Source: Alphaproteobacteria bacterium
GTDB taxonomy: Bacteria > Pseudomonadota > Alphaproteobacteria > UBA828
Assembly: GCA_963422645.2 (NCBI GenBank)
Contig: CAXXVO010000009.1
Location: 320,001-384,000, forward strand
Length of the DNA: 64,000 bases
Direction of reading: 5' to 3'
A program made the position numbers and the translations under genes. Position 1 is the first letter of the stretch. Every line of letters starts with the position of its first letter. Shown here in pieces: positions 1 to 12,343 of this stretch. The notes under the pieces are model-generated. The model had not been told where the DNA came from. It made no database searches and was given only the letters and a program-made list of their open reading frames with translations.

Positions 1-1292
1 GGTCGATCAGGAACCGGAGCACCGCGCATTTGTGGTCGCGCAGCCTCAAGGCCAGATTGTGACCGATCCTTCGCTTCCGGCGCTTCTTCCTCTTGCCAGG
101 CGAGAACGGTGGTTGGCTCTCGTGAAAGGCCAGCGCATCGGCGATGATCTCGTCGTATCGGCGCTCGATCAGCGCCACAAGCCTCGCCGGAACGGCGATA
201 TCCTTGTCCAGCGCGATGCGGGCGGCGCGATTGGCTCGGCGCAGGAGCTGCTGCATCCGCCGGGCCCAAGCCTCCCCTTCGATGTCCACCAGCGCCTGCA
301 ACTCCCGCAGGTGATGGGCGTTGCACAGGCCGTGCTCCACCCCTTCCATCGCGAAGTACGGCTTCCAGTGATCGTGCACGACGATGCCGGAGACACCCGA
401 GAGCAGGGCGCCGCGCTTGCCGCTGACCCGGTACGCCGCCAGCAGCGGCGTGCAGATCACATGAAGCCACTGCGTCTGACCGCCGATCCGCAAGCCGGTC
501 TCGTCCATGTGTTTCACCCGCGCCGTGCCCGCCGCCAGGTCCTGTATGTGCAAGGCCGCGTCCCGCAAGCCGCTCGGCCGCCCTCTCGCTCATCGTCGCC
601 AACGTCGCAGCCGTCACCGGCGCGCCGAAGAGCTCGGCCATCACCTGCGACAGCCGATCCTCCGGCAGGAAGTGAGCGTGCTGAAGGTAGACCGCCACCC
701 CGGCAATGCGCGGGCCGTACTGCACCGGCGCCGACACCCCGTCGGGGAACGCCGCCCGGGTCACCGTCCCGCAATGCCCGCAGCACTTGGCATGCGCCCG
801 GTGCTCGGTCACCTCCAGGGGGCTCGGCTCGGGCAGATCGAACACCTGGCGGGCGACGGGCGTTCCCGCCCTGGCCGCGTCCGAAAGCGGCGAACCGCAT
901 CCCTTGCAGGAAGCCGGGACGTGATCCTTCACCCGATCCGGGTGATCGGCGCGGCGCAGCGTCTTGCCCTTGTGGCCGGGCTGGCCACCGGGCTTGCGGC
1001 CCGATTTGCCGCGCAGGCTTCGGGTTCGCCGCTTCGAATTCGGCTTCCTCAGCCCATCGCTCGAAGGCGGCTTGCCGCTGTTGCCGCTGTTGAGGCCGAG
1101 ACGGCGCTCCAACTCCTCGATGCGCTCGACGAGACGCGCGACTTGCTCTTCCAGCCGCGCGTTCTGCTGCCGAAGCCAGGCATTTTCCTCCCGAAGCCGG
1201 GCGTTCTCCTCCTCCAGGCGGGCGATCTTCTGCGCGGGCGTTTCGGGCGCTGCTCCCGTCGAAGGGCCGCGCGGCGACTCGGGATTGCTCAT
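1..1292 (-). mobile_element. IS66-family transposase (TnpC), frameshifted near 570, runs off the window start
   Basis: Manual translation from ATG 1292: coiled coil, then LGLNSGNSGKPPSSDG..GGQPGHKG. After a frame change at about 570: VKHMDETG, VVHDHW, CNAHHLREL, IGHNLALRL..VLRFLID. It is absent from the ORF track because there is no stop within the window. Confidence 0.85.
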
Positions 1293-1387
1293 GTCGTTGT
1301 TGAGTCATTTCCCGAAATTCCCGTCAAGCCCTTTCCACCAACTCCGAACGAGAAACGCCTCAATCCACTGGCCCAAAATGACAAATC

Positions 1388-1400
1388 GTAACTGCCCAGG
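1388..1400. repeat. Possible IS66-type terminal motif GTAACTGCCCAGG
   Basis: GTAA-starting motif between two IS66 transposase pieces; no partner end visible. Confidence 0.35.
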
Positions 1401-1552
1401 TACCCCCTCTCTCTTATGGAACAAGCCAGTTCCTTTTGCGTCAACGCCCCCACGCCGCGGGGGTGCCTACTCTCTTGAGCGCGAGAGGATGATGAACGCC
1501 GCGTCGCGAACAAGATGAGAGGACAGCGATACTCAGGATGAGCCGGAGAAGT

Positions 1553-1808
1553 TCAGGAGCGCAGTATAGGGATCAGCTGCATCGGTTCCGGGTGCGCCAG
1601 GATTTGCAGGATGTTCCAGCCTTGCTTTCGAGCGGTGACGATGACGCTGCGCATTCCGGCGAAGTTGCAGGCGCCTTGCAGGGAGCGGAAGCCGCCTGAG
1701 ATCTTCTCATGCACTTTGTTCATACGGATGTCACGCTCCGCCTCGTTATTCGTGAACGGCGTGCGCAGGTCGGTGAGGAAGCGCAGGCAGCCCTCCTTGA
1801 GCGCGCGC
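1553..1808 (-). pseudogene. IS66-family transposase, C-terminal fragment
   Basis: LRFLTDLRTPFTNNEAERDIRMNKVHEKISGGFRS...TARKQG motif; the ORF upstream of about 1808 is only antisense to the IS4 gene. Confidence 0.85.
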
Positions 1809-1809
1809 G

Positions 1810-3507
1810 GTGCCCTGCCGCGACGAGTGGATCGGGTGGCCGGCGGAAGGCTTCCGCAAGCACCTCGATCTGGTCGTGGGTCACACGCGTTTCCTGATCT
1901 TTCCCTGGGTCCGGGTCGACAACCTGGCGTCGAAAGCGCTGTCGATGGCGCTGCGCCAGCTGCCCGGCGACTGGGAGGCGCGCTTCGGAGCGCGCCCGGT
2001 TCTGGTGGAGACCTTCGTGGACCCCAGCCTCTTCGACGGCGCCTGCTACCGCGCGGCCAACTGGCGCTGTCTCGGCGAGACCGGGGGCGGCAAGGGCAAG
2101 ACCCGCAAAAGCGTCTACGTCTACCCGCTGACGCCGGACTTCCGCTCGATCCTGCTCGAAGGCCCGCGGCCGGCGCGGCGCGGGAACAGGACACGGCCGG
2201 CAGCGCTGGCGCCGGACGATCCCTTCGTGGCGCTGTGGCAGGACCTGATCGGCGCACTGGCGGCGGTGGCCGCCGATCACGACCGGGTGTGGCAGAGCCG
2301 CCGGCGGGTCCTCGACACCCTTCTCGTCATGCTCTTCATCTTCCGGCTGGCGTTCTCGAACGGCCGCGCGGGCTACGCCACGACGCTGGCCGGGCTGTGG
2401 GAGCAGTGCCGGGTCCTGGGCGTCGCACTGCCGCAGCCGGCGCCGGTCTCGGCCTCGGCGATGTGCATGGCGCGGGCCAAGGTCGACGAGGCGGTGTTCA
2501 AGACGCTGCACGCCGAGATCCTCAAGCGCGCCGACGGCCCGGCCTGGAAGGGCCACCGCGTGTTCGCGGTCGACGGCTCCAAGCTCAACCTGCCGCGGCC
2601 GCTGCTCAAGGCCGGCTACCGCACGCCCTCCGAGGCGGCCCACTACCCGCAGGGCCTGCTGAGTTGCCTCTACCGGCTGCACGCGAACATCCCGGTGGAC
2701 TTCGACCTGGTCGCGCACGGCGACGAAAGAAGGGCCGCCCTCGCCCACCTCAAGGCGCTCTCGGCCAACGACATCGTGGTCTATGACCGCGGCTACTACT
2801 CTTGGGAGATGCTGCACGCCCATGTCGCCCGCGGCCTGCACCCCGTGTTCCGGATCAAGAAGAAGGCAGGCGCCGCCCTCGACGCCTTCATCGCCGACGG
2901 CCGCACGGACGCGCCGATCACCGTCGCTCCCGGAAAGGACACCCTGAGAAAGCTGCGCCGCAAGACGCCGCACGTCGACGCCACCCCGCTGCGCCTGCGA
3001 CTGGTCCGCTACCGCACCGGCAGCACGGTCTTCATCCTCGCCACCACCCTCCTCGACCCCAAGGCCTGGAGCGTCGCGGAACTGGCCGAGCTCTATCACG
3101 CGCGCTGGGGAATCGAGGAACTCTACAAGACCTCGAAACAGGCCATGGCCGTCGAGGCCTTCCACAGCCAGACCGAGCGCGGCGTCCGCCAGGAGCTCTT
3201 CGCCCACTTCAACCTCATCGCCATGACCCGGCTCTTCACCAACCGCAGCAACGCAAGCCTCGACGCCGAGCGCCCTGCCGACGGCAAGCCGGCGATGAAA
3301 GCCAACTTCAGCAACGGCCTCGCCACCGTCGCGCGCAACCTCGAAGCGCTGCTGCTGCGCCATACGGCGATGGTCGCCGAAACCCTCAGCCATGTCCTCT
3401 CCTGCATCAACCAGGCGCGTCAGCGCCCGCGCCCCGGCCGGTCCTGCGAACGCAGGTCGCGCAAACCCCGCGGCAAGTGGGCACGCGCAAAGCGGGCCGT
3501 CGCCTGA
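1810..3507 (+). mobile_element. IS4-family DDE transposase with N-terminal DUF4338 (DruA-like) domain, 5'-truncated
   Basis: N-terminus RDEWIGW..RFLIFPWV..NLAS..PVLVETFVD..GACYRAANW..LGET (DUF4338). C-terminus AVDGS, VYDRGY and Y-x2-RW-x-IE-x2-YK (IS4 YREK signature). Confidence 0.85.
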
Positions 3508-3581
3508 ACACCTGAACGATAGAAACGCACGCAACCGACAGCGCAAGAACACGACTCCTTAAGTGAACAGTCGAAAACCGC

Positions 3582-3597
3582 TAAGTGAATGCCATTG
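3582..3597. repeat. Putative IS4 right terminal inverted repeat (TAAGTGAATGCCATTG)
   Basis: Lies about 75 bp past the transposase stop and ends in ...CATTG like IS4 ends; partial second copy TAAGTGAA at about 3560. Confidence 0.55.
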
Positions 3598-3729
3598 CGC
3601 AGGCGCCGGGTCGCGCCAACAGGCGCGCGGAACCAAAGAATTGCCGGCTGCCGTGAGCGAAGATGCGCCGGCTGGCGCGATGCGGCACACTGTCGCCCAA
3701 TCTGGATTTGCGAACCGGGGAGACCACTG

Positions 3730-4672
3730 ATGGCACGGGTCACGGAAGCGACGCCCGACGGCGTCGTGAGATTGGAGAACCGCTTTGCCGACGGCGCCGC
3801 CTTCGTCGAGGGCGCCTATGTGCCGATCGGCGAGGCGCGGATACCGATCCTCGATTGGGGCTTCACCCGCTCCGACGTCACCTACGACGTGGTCCCCGTC
3901 TGGGGCGGCAAGTTCTTCCGTCTCGACCACCATCTCGACCGCTTCGAGAAGAGCCTCGCCAGCGTCCGCATGTCCGTTCCTCACGAGCGCGACGAGGTGG
4001 TCGACATCCTGATGCGGCTCATGCGCCTCAGCCAGCTGCGCGACGCCTACGTAGAGGTGCTCTGCACCCGCGGGATGCCGCCCAAGGGCACCCGCGACCC
4101 CAGAGCCTGCGAGAACCGCTTCATCGCTCGCCGTCCCCTTCGTCTGGATTGCGGACGAGGAGATGCGTGCGCGCGGCATCAACCTGCACCTGAGCTCCTA
4201 CCTGCGGATCCCGCCGGGCTCGGTGGACCCCACTGCAAAGAATTTCCACTGGGGCGACATGATCCGCGCGCTCTTCGAAAGCTACGAGCGAGGCTGCGAC
4301 ATGCCGGTGGTGGTGGACCTCGACGGCAACATTGCCGAGGGGCCGGGCTTCAACGTCTTCGCCGTGAAGGGCGGCACCGCGACCACGCCGGGCGGCACCT
4401 GCCTGGAAGGCATCACGCGGCGGACCGCGCTCGACCTGCTCGGTGAGCTGAACGTGAAGGGCGAGGTCGGTACCGTCTCGCCGGACGACCTGCGCGGCGC
4501 CGATGAGGTCTTCGCTACCAGCACGGCAGGGGGCATCCTGCCGGTCACCAGGATTGACCATGAGCCCGTAGGCGACGGCACCACCGGCCCGCTGACCGAA
4601 AGGCTGCGCGACCTCTACTGGGTGCGGCACGAGGACGACCGCGACGCCACCCCCATCGACTACGAGGGCTGA
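3730..4672 (+). pseudogene. Fold-type IV PLP aminotransferase, (R)-amine transaminase-like, split by a frameshift at about 4127
   Basis: GFTRSDVTYDV, FRLDHHLDRF, YVEV..TRG, then in another frame RIPPGSVDPTAKNFHWGD, EGPGFN, LEGITR, STAGG. RBS GGGGAG before ATG 3730. Confidence 0.85.
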
Positions 4673-4735
4673 GCCGCAGAGCGCACGCACCTCAAGCGAT
4701 TTCGCTAGCGGCTGTCGGCGGCGAGCTCGCGCGCC

Positions 4736-6406
<1,671 letters not shown>

Positions 6407-6454
6407 CCCCGACCTTGGTGCGGTGCACAGCACGCCGGGCCTCTGCCCTGCCCC

Positions 6455-7294
6455 TCAACTCCCCGAAGCAAGCGCGCGTGCCGGGTGCGCTGCGCCGCGA
6501 TAAAGCACCTCTGCCTGCACCTCGACCTTGCGCTGCCACGCCGTGCGCGCCGCCGGGCTCATCTCCTCGACCGGGCGCGGGTCGACATCGAAATTGTGGA
6601 AGCGATCGACGCCCCGCACCAGCGTCGCGGATTCGCGCGGCTCGTGCTGCCAGGCATGCGTGGGCACGTATTCGATGAGGAAGACGATGCGCCGGTCGTC
6701 GCTTCGGTTGGGTCCGGAGGAATGGCAGATCGCGTTGTTGAAGAAGACCGCCTCGCCCGCCGCCAGCGGCAGCGAGACCGCGGCCGGCTCGTCGACGGGA
6801 GCGTCGATCTGCTGCTCGCGGGTGAGCATGCTGTCGGTGCCGAAGTGCTCGCGGTGCGGCAGCAGCGCCCCGCGATGGGACCCGGGGATCACGCGGAGGC
6901 ACCCGGCGCCCTCGCCACAGTCGGAGAGCGCGAGGGCTGCGATCACCACGATCGGCTTGATGTCGCAGTAGGCGGTGTCCTGATGCCAGCCGGCGAAGGT
7001 CCTGCCGTCCGCCTCCTTGAGCCTGAGCGAGACGCCCCAGGCCAGGAGGTTGGGGCCGAGCAGGTCTTCCATCGGATCGAGCAGGCCGGGATGGCGGATG
7101 AATTCGTCGGTCCAGGGGCAGAGCAGCGAGGCGCCCTGGTCGAGCATGTGGCGGTCTTCCGGCCAGCGCCGCTCGAAGCGCTCCAGCTCGGCGCGGTAGT
7201 GCTGCGCCTCGCCCGCGCTCAGGGCGCGGAGCGGCCCGCAATAGCCCGTCTCGAAGAAGCTACGCCGCTCGGCCTCGCCCAACCGCTTCGGCAT
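6455..7294 (-). CDS. PhyH-family Fe(II)/2-oxoglutarate dioxygenase
   Basis: WHQD (HxD), GCLRVIPGSH, H-S-S-G-P-N-R-S-D-D-R-R. Confidence 0.85.
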   Translation of the reverse strand: MPKRLGEAERRSFFETGYCGPLRALSAGEAQHYRAELERFERRWPEDRHMLDQGASLLCPWTDEFIRHPGLLDPMEDLLGPNLLAWGVSLRLKEADGRTFAGWHQDTAYCDIKPIVVIAALALSDCGEGAGCLRVIPGSHRGALLPHREHFGTDSMLTREQQIDAPVDEPAAVSLPLAAGEAVFFNNAICHSSGPNRSDDRRIVFLIEYVPTHAWQHEPRESATLVRGVDRFHNFDVDPRPVEEMSPAARTAWQRKVEVQAEVLYRGAAHPARALASGS

Positions 7295-7399
7295 TCGCCC
7301 GCCAGCCTCACCGTGCCCTGCGCGCACTCATAGCAGGTTTCGCCCCGGCGGGTGAGGCGCGCGGCAGTTATTGTGGCGTCTTGAGGTGTAGCCGGCCCG

Positions 7400-8173
7400 C
7401 TAATTGAAGCCGCAGTCTTCCACGGTCGCGATCAGGGCGGACCAGATGCCGTCCCGCTCTCCGTAGCAGCCCTTGCGCCATTCACCTTGGTGGACATCGC
7501 CATCGGCGAAGCTCGCGGTGCCGAATCCGTGCGGCCTGTCGTCGTACCACGCGCCCTCGTAGCGGTGGCCGGCAGCCCATTTGTAGGTCCCCCTTCCGTG
7601 TCTCTTGCCGTCGCGCCATTCGCCTTCGTAGCGGGCGCCGTCGCTCCGTTTCAAGATCCCGTGCCCGTGCAGCTTGCCGGCTTCCGTGTGGCCTTCGTAA
7701 ACGTACTTGCCGTAGCGGGTGCGCCAGACGAGCCTGCCCTCCCCCGAGACCTTGCCGTCCACGCAGGCGCCCGACCACGTGAAGGACTTACGGTCACTTT
7801 GGCCGTCATTCCACACTTGGCAGGGTCGGTTCTCGGTTACGGACCAGCGGGAATCGGACGATATCGTACGCGCCGAAGCCGAAGCCTCCCTCAAGAGGGG
7901 TGCGTAGATGAAGGCCTCGTCGCCGTCCCCGCGCAGGTCGATCCGCAGCCAGTCGCGGCCCTGAACGGCGCCGGTCACACGTACCTTGGCGCCCGCCTTC
8001 AGGACGTAGCGCACGTCATAGCTGGTGCCGGGGCCGGCTCGGACATTCGCCGTCTCCGCCACCTCCATCACGTGGTTGAGCGGATCGATCGTGTCGGCCT
8101 TCGCCGCGCGCGCGCCGATTACCCAGATCATGGCCGCGGCAAGCACCGCAGCCAGAATCGCGTGCGTTCTCAT
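7400..8173 (-). CDS. Secreted SH3b + MORN-repeat protein
   Basis: Signal peptide; ANVRAGPGTSY (SH3b); repeated YEGEWRDGKRHGRG-type MORN units. Confidence 0.85.
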   Translation of the reverse strand: MRTHAILAAVLAAAMIWVIGARAAKADTIDPLNHVMEVAETANVRAGPGTSYDVRYVLKAGAKVRVTGAVQGRDWLRIDLRGDGDEAFIYAPLLREASASARTISSDSRWSVTENRPCQVWNDGQSDRKSFTWSGACVDGKVSGEGRLVWRTRYGKYVYEGHTEAGKLHGHGILKRSDGARYEGEWRDGKRHGRGTYKWAAGHRYEGAWYDDRPHGFGTASFADGDVHQGEWRKGCYGERDGIWSALIATVEDCGFN

Positions 8174-8387
8174 GGATCCCCCGTGAGCGCCTTGTTGGAT
8201 CGGCGCTCTTACACCCTCGCCGGTAACGGCCATGAGCCGCTATGTCCGGCGGAGAATAGTACATGTTGCGCGCTGCCCCTACTCTCGCGCAGACGCCCGA
8301 AGCGGCAGATGGCGCGGGCCTTGCGCCGCCGGTGCGCCCGTTGCGAGGATGCGCACGCGGGTGACGAGGGCGCGGGGGACCGGGCGG

Positions 8388-10454
8388 TTGAGCCAGTATC
8401 AGGTCTCGATTGACATCGGCGGGACCTTTACCGACTGCGTGGTCTCGGACGGCGCGCGGCGCGCGGTGGTCAAGGCGCCGTCGACGCCGCCCGCGTTCGA
8501 GCGGGGCTTCATGGACGCGCTGGCGCTCGCCGCCCGCGCCTTCGACAGCGATCTCAAGGTCTTCCTCTCCCAGACCCAGCGCATCGTGCACGGCACCACC
8601 GTCGCCACCAACGCGCTGGTGGAGGGGCGCACCGGCACGGTCGGGCTGATCTGCACCGCCGGCCACCCGGACGTGCTGACCCTGCGCGAGGCGCCGCGCA
8701 AGCGCGCCTTCGACTGGCGCCTCGACTATCCCCGGCCCTTCGTCCCCCGCAGCCGCACCTTCGAGGTGCGCGGCCGGATCGACGCGCGCGGCAACGAGAT
8801 CGCGCCGCTGGTTGAAGAGGACGTGCACGCCGCCCTAAAGCACTTCAAGCGCTGCCCGGTGGATGCCATCGCCGTCGGTCTGCTCTGGTCCGTGGTCGAG
8901 CCTGCGCACGAGCGCCGGGTGGGCGAGATCGTGGCCGAACTCTGGCCCGAGGTGCCGGTGACGCTCAGCCACGCGCTCAACCCGATCCCGCGCGAATACC
9001 GCCGCACCATCGCGACCGCCATCGACGCCTCGCTGCACGCCATCGTGCCCGCCTATCTCGGCCGGTTGGAGGGCGCGGTGCGCGAGGCGGGATTTGGCGG
9101 CACTCTGCTGGTCGCCAACGGCCAGGGCGGCATGATGACGGTGGGCGAGATCGCCGCGCGCCCGATCCACGCGGTGATGAGCGGGCCGACACTCGCCCCC
9201 ATCGCCGCGCTGGCGCTTACGGACGAGTCCGACATCGTCGTCATCGACATGGGCGGCACGACCTTCGACGTGTCCGCCATCCGCGCCCGCGCGCTGATCC
9301 GCACCACCGAGGCGCCGATCATGGACGACCTGCTGGGGCTGCCCAAGATCGACGTGCGCTCGGTGGGCGCGGGCGGCGGCAGCATCGCCTGGGTCGATTC
9401 CGGCGGCTTGCTGCGCGTGGGGCCGGTGAGCGCCGGCGCCGATCCGGGCCCTGCGGCCTACGGGCGGGGTGGCGTGCGGCCCACCGTGACCGACGCCAAC
9501 CTGGTGCTGGGGCTGCTCGACCCCGATTACTTCCTGGGCGGCCGGTTGCCCCTCGACGCGCAGGCTGCGCACCGCGCCGTCGGCAGGGTGGCGGACGCGC
9601 TCGGGCTGGCGGAGGCGGAGGCGGCCTATGCGATCCACGTCACCAGCAACGAGAACATGATCGCCGCGATCGAGGACATTACCGTCAACGAGGGCATCGA
9701 CCCGCGCGAGAGTTTCCTGGTGGCGGGCGGGGGCGCGACCGCGTGCCACATCGGCGAGATGGCACAGGCCCTGGGCATCGAGCGCTTCATGGTGCCGGGG
9801 GTTGCTGCGGGGCTGAGCGCCTTCGGCGGGCTGGTCACGGACATCAGAGGCGAGGAGGCCGCGACGCTCCACACCAGCAACCGAAACTTCGCGCTCGATG
9901 CGGTCAACCGCACGCTCGCGGCGCTCTACGAACGCGCGCGGCGCTTCCTCGAGCGCGCCGGGGTGCCGGCGGCGGAACGCCGTTACGAATACGCCTTCCA
10001 AGCCCGCTACAAGTATCAGTCCTGGGAGATCGAGGCGCCCTTCGAGCCGGCGGATGGTGCGCTCGGCGCAGACGACGTGCCGGCGCTCTCGGACGCGTTC
10101 CACGCCATGCACGAGCGCATCCACACCATCCGCGAAGACGACGGCGAGGTCGAGTTCACCACCTGGACCGTGCGCGCCATCGGCACCGGGAGCGGCACCG
10201 CCACGGCAGCGGGACGGGCTGCCGCGCACCCCAGCGGGCGACTGCCGGAGCGAGGCACGCGCAGCGTCTTCCTCGGCGAGGAGCGGGCCTTCCGTGTGCT
10301 TCCGGTCTATGACGGCAACCTGCCGCCTGCGGGCGCCGAGGTTGCGGGCCCCGCCCTGATCGACAGCGATACGACCACCATTCTGCTGCTCGCCGGCCAG
10401 CGGGCGCGCACCGACGCAGGCAGCAACTTCCATATCGACACCGGCGGCGCTTGA
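8388..10454 (+). CDS. hyuA: Hydantoinase/oxoprolinase subunit A
   Basis: IDIGGTFTD, HGTTVATNAL, DMGGTTFDV, GAGGGSIA, PTVTDANLVLG; TTG start inferred. Confidence 0.9.
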   Translation: MSQYQVSIDIGGTFTDCVVSDGARRAVVKAPSTPPAFERGFMDALALAARAFDSDLKVFLSQTQRIVHGTTVATNALVEGRTGTVGLICTAGHPDVLTLREAPRKRAFDWRLDYPRPFVPRSRTFEVRGRIDARGNEIAPLVEEDVHAALKHFKRCPVDAIAVGLLWSVVEPAHERRVGEIVAELWPEVPVTLSHALNPIPREYRRTIATAIDASLHAIVPAYLGRLEGAVREAGFGGTLLVANGQGGMMTVGEIAARPIHAVMSGPTLAPIAALALTDESDIVVIDMGGTTFDVSAIRARALIRTTEAPIMDDLLGLPKIDVRSVGAGGGSIAWVDSGGLLRVGPVSAGADPGPAAYGRGGVRPTVTDANLVLGLLDPDYFLGGRLPLDAQAAHRAVGRVADALGLAEAEAAYAIHVTSNENMIAAIEDITVNEGIDPRESFLVAGGGATACHIGEMAQALGIERFMVPGVAAGLSAFGGLVTDIRGEEAATLHTSNRNFALDAVNRTLAALYERARRFLERAGVPAAERRYEYAFQARYKYQSWEIEAPFEPADGALGADDVPALSDAFHAMHERIHTIREDDGEVEFTTWTVRAIGTGSGTATAAGRAAAHPSGRLPERGTRSVFLGEERAFRVLPVYDGNLPPAGAEVAGPALIDSDTTTILLLAGQRARTDAGSNFHIDTGGA

Positions 10455-10464
10455 GGGCACCGGC

Positions 10465-12243
10465 ATGACAGAAACGCCCGAACGCTTCGACCCGCTGCTG
10501 ATGGCGGTGCTCTCGCGCCGGCTGGAAGCGATCATCCGCGAGATGAGCAACACGGTGATGCGCGCATCGCGCTCGGCCGTCATCACCAACGCGCGCGATA
10601 TGTCCTGCGGCATCCTCACCTACGACCACCGGCTGATCTGCGTCGAGGAGGCGATGCCGATCCACGTCAGCGCGCTGGAGCTCACGACCCGGCCGATCAC
10701 CGAGCTCTTCGACGACGTGAAGGAGGGCGACGCCTTCTTCAACAACAGCCCCTATCACGGGGTCACGCACCACGCCGACATGACCCTCTGCGTGCCGGTC
10801 TTCGCCGACGGCGAGCCGCTCTTCTGGGTGCTCTCGCGCTCGCATCACGCCGATGTCGGCGCGCCGGAGCCCACCACCTACCTGCCCTATGCCGCAACGC
10901 TCTATCAGGAGGGCGTGCACTTCCCCTGCGTGCGGATTCAGGAGGGGCGCGAGGACAAGGCGGACATCGTGCGCATCGGGCTGCAGAAGATCCGCGCCCC
11001 CCACGTCTGGTACGGCGACTACCGCGCGCAAGTAGGCGCCTGCCGGATCGGCGAGCGCAGACTCGAGGCTCTGGTCGAGCACTACGGCATCGAGACCGTG
11101 CGCGCCTTCGTCGAGGCGTGGATGGACTATGGCGCGCGCCGGGCGGCGGCGGCGATCCGCGCGCTTCCCGCCGGCACCTGGCGCTACACCTGCAGCCACG
11201 ACCCGATCCCCGGCGTCGCGGAAGAGGGCATCCCGGTCACGGCCAAGGTCACGGTCGAGCCCGAGGAAGGCTTCATCACCGTGGACCTCCGCGACAACCC
11301 GGACTGCGTGCCGGGCGGGGTGAATCTCTCGGAGGCCTGCGCCGCGGGCTCATGCCGGATCGGCGTCTTCTACAACCTCGACCCGACGATCCCGCACAAC
11401 GAGGGCAGCGCGAGCCGCATCAGGGTGCTGCTGCGGGACGGCTGCGTGGTGGGGCGGCCGACCTTCCCGGCGGGCACTTCGGTCGCCACCACCAACGTCA
11501 ACGACCGGCTCATCAACGCCGTGCAGTGCTGCTTCGCGCAGATCGGCGCGCCTCACGGGCTTGCGGAAGGGGGCGGCAACATGTCCGCCGGCCTCGGCGT
11601 GGTTTCAGGAATCGACGACCGGGACGGCAAGGCAGTGCCCTACGTCAACCAGTTCTGCGTCGGGCTCTCGGGCGGCCCCGGCACCTACGGGCACGACGGC
11701 TGGCTCACCTACGAGGCGCCGGACGGCGGCGGCGTGCTGGTGATCGATTCGATCGAGATCGACGAGGCGCAGTATCCGATCCTGATGGAGGAGCGCCGCA
11801 TCGCTCCGGACACCATGGGCGCAGGGTGCTGGAACGGCGCGCCGGCAACCCAGGGCGCCTACCGCTCCCTCGCCGGCCCGGTCTCGGTCTTCTATTGCAG
11901 CGACGGCGATCTCAACCCGGCGCAGGGAGTCCTCGGCGGCGCGGCGGGCGCGCCCTCGCTCAACCGCAAGCGGGAAACGGACGGCACCTTCCGCACTCTC
12001 CCCTCCTTCCACGAAGAAGGGCTGAGCCCCGACGAGGCAATCCACTACCGCACCGTCGCCGGCGGCGGCTACGGCGACCCGGCCGAACGAGACCCCGCTG
12101 CGGTCGCCGAGGATGTCGCACGCGGCTGGCTCAGCATCGAGAGTGCTTTGAGCGTCTACAAGGTTGCGCTGGTCCGCGCCGAGAACGGCATCGATATCGT
12201 CGTCGACGAGGAGAGGACCCGCCTGCTCCGCGCCTGGGCCTGA
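10465..12243 (+). CDS. hyuB: Hydantoinase/oxoprolinase subunit B
   Basis: EMSNTVMRASRS, NSPYHGVTHHAD, HHADVG, GGGYGDP. Confidence 0.9.
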   Translation: MTETPERFDPLLMAVLSRRLEAIIREMSNTVMRASRSAVITNARDMSCGILTYDHRLICVEEAMPIHVSALELTTRPITELFDDVKEGDAFFNNSPYHGVTHHADMTLCVPVFADGEPLFWVLSRSHHADVGAPEPTTYLPYAATLYQEGVHFPCVRIQEGREDKADIVRIGLQKIRAPHVWYGDYRAQVGACRIGERRLEALVEHYGIETVRAFVEAWMDYGARRAAAAIRALPAGTWRYTCSHDPIPGVAEEGIPVTAKVTVEPEEGFITVDLRDNPDCVPGGVNLSEACAAGSCRIGVFYNLDPTIPHNEGSASRIRVLLRDGCVVGRPTFPAGTSVATTNVNDRLINAVQCCFAQIGAPHGLAEGGGNMSAGLGVVSGIDDRDGKAVPYVNQFCVGLSGGPGTYGHDGWLTYEAPDGGGVLVIDSIEIDEAQYPILMEERRIAPDTMGAGCWNGAPATQGAYRSLAGPVSVFYCSDGDLNPAQGVLGGAAGAPSLNRKRETDGTFRTLPSFHEEGLSPDEAIHYRTVAGGGYGDPAERDPAAVAEDVARGWLSIESALSVYKVALVRAENGIDIVVDEERTRLLRAWA

Positions 12244-12343
12244 AAACGGCGGGGCGGGGTGCCGGCCGGCGCGCTTTCTGCCAAGATGCGCGCCCGCGCG
12301 GCTCCGGCCGCAGCGGGCGGCTTCCCAGCAACGGACAAGTAAC

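Noticed and set aside
1810-2160. A Druantia defence system
   Set aside because: Only a partial DUF4338 fused to a transposase; no DruE helicase or other subunits.
4110-4140. Programmed ribosomal frameshift in the transaminase (also considered for oppA)
   Set aside because: No slippery heptamer at either site, and these families are not known to be recoded.
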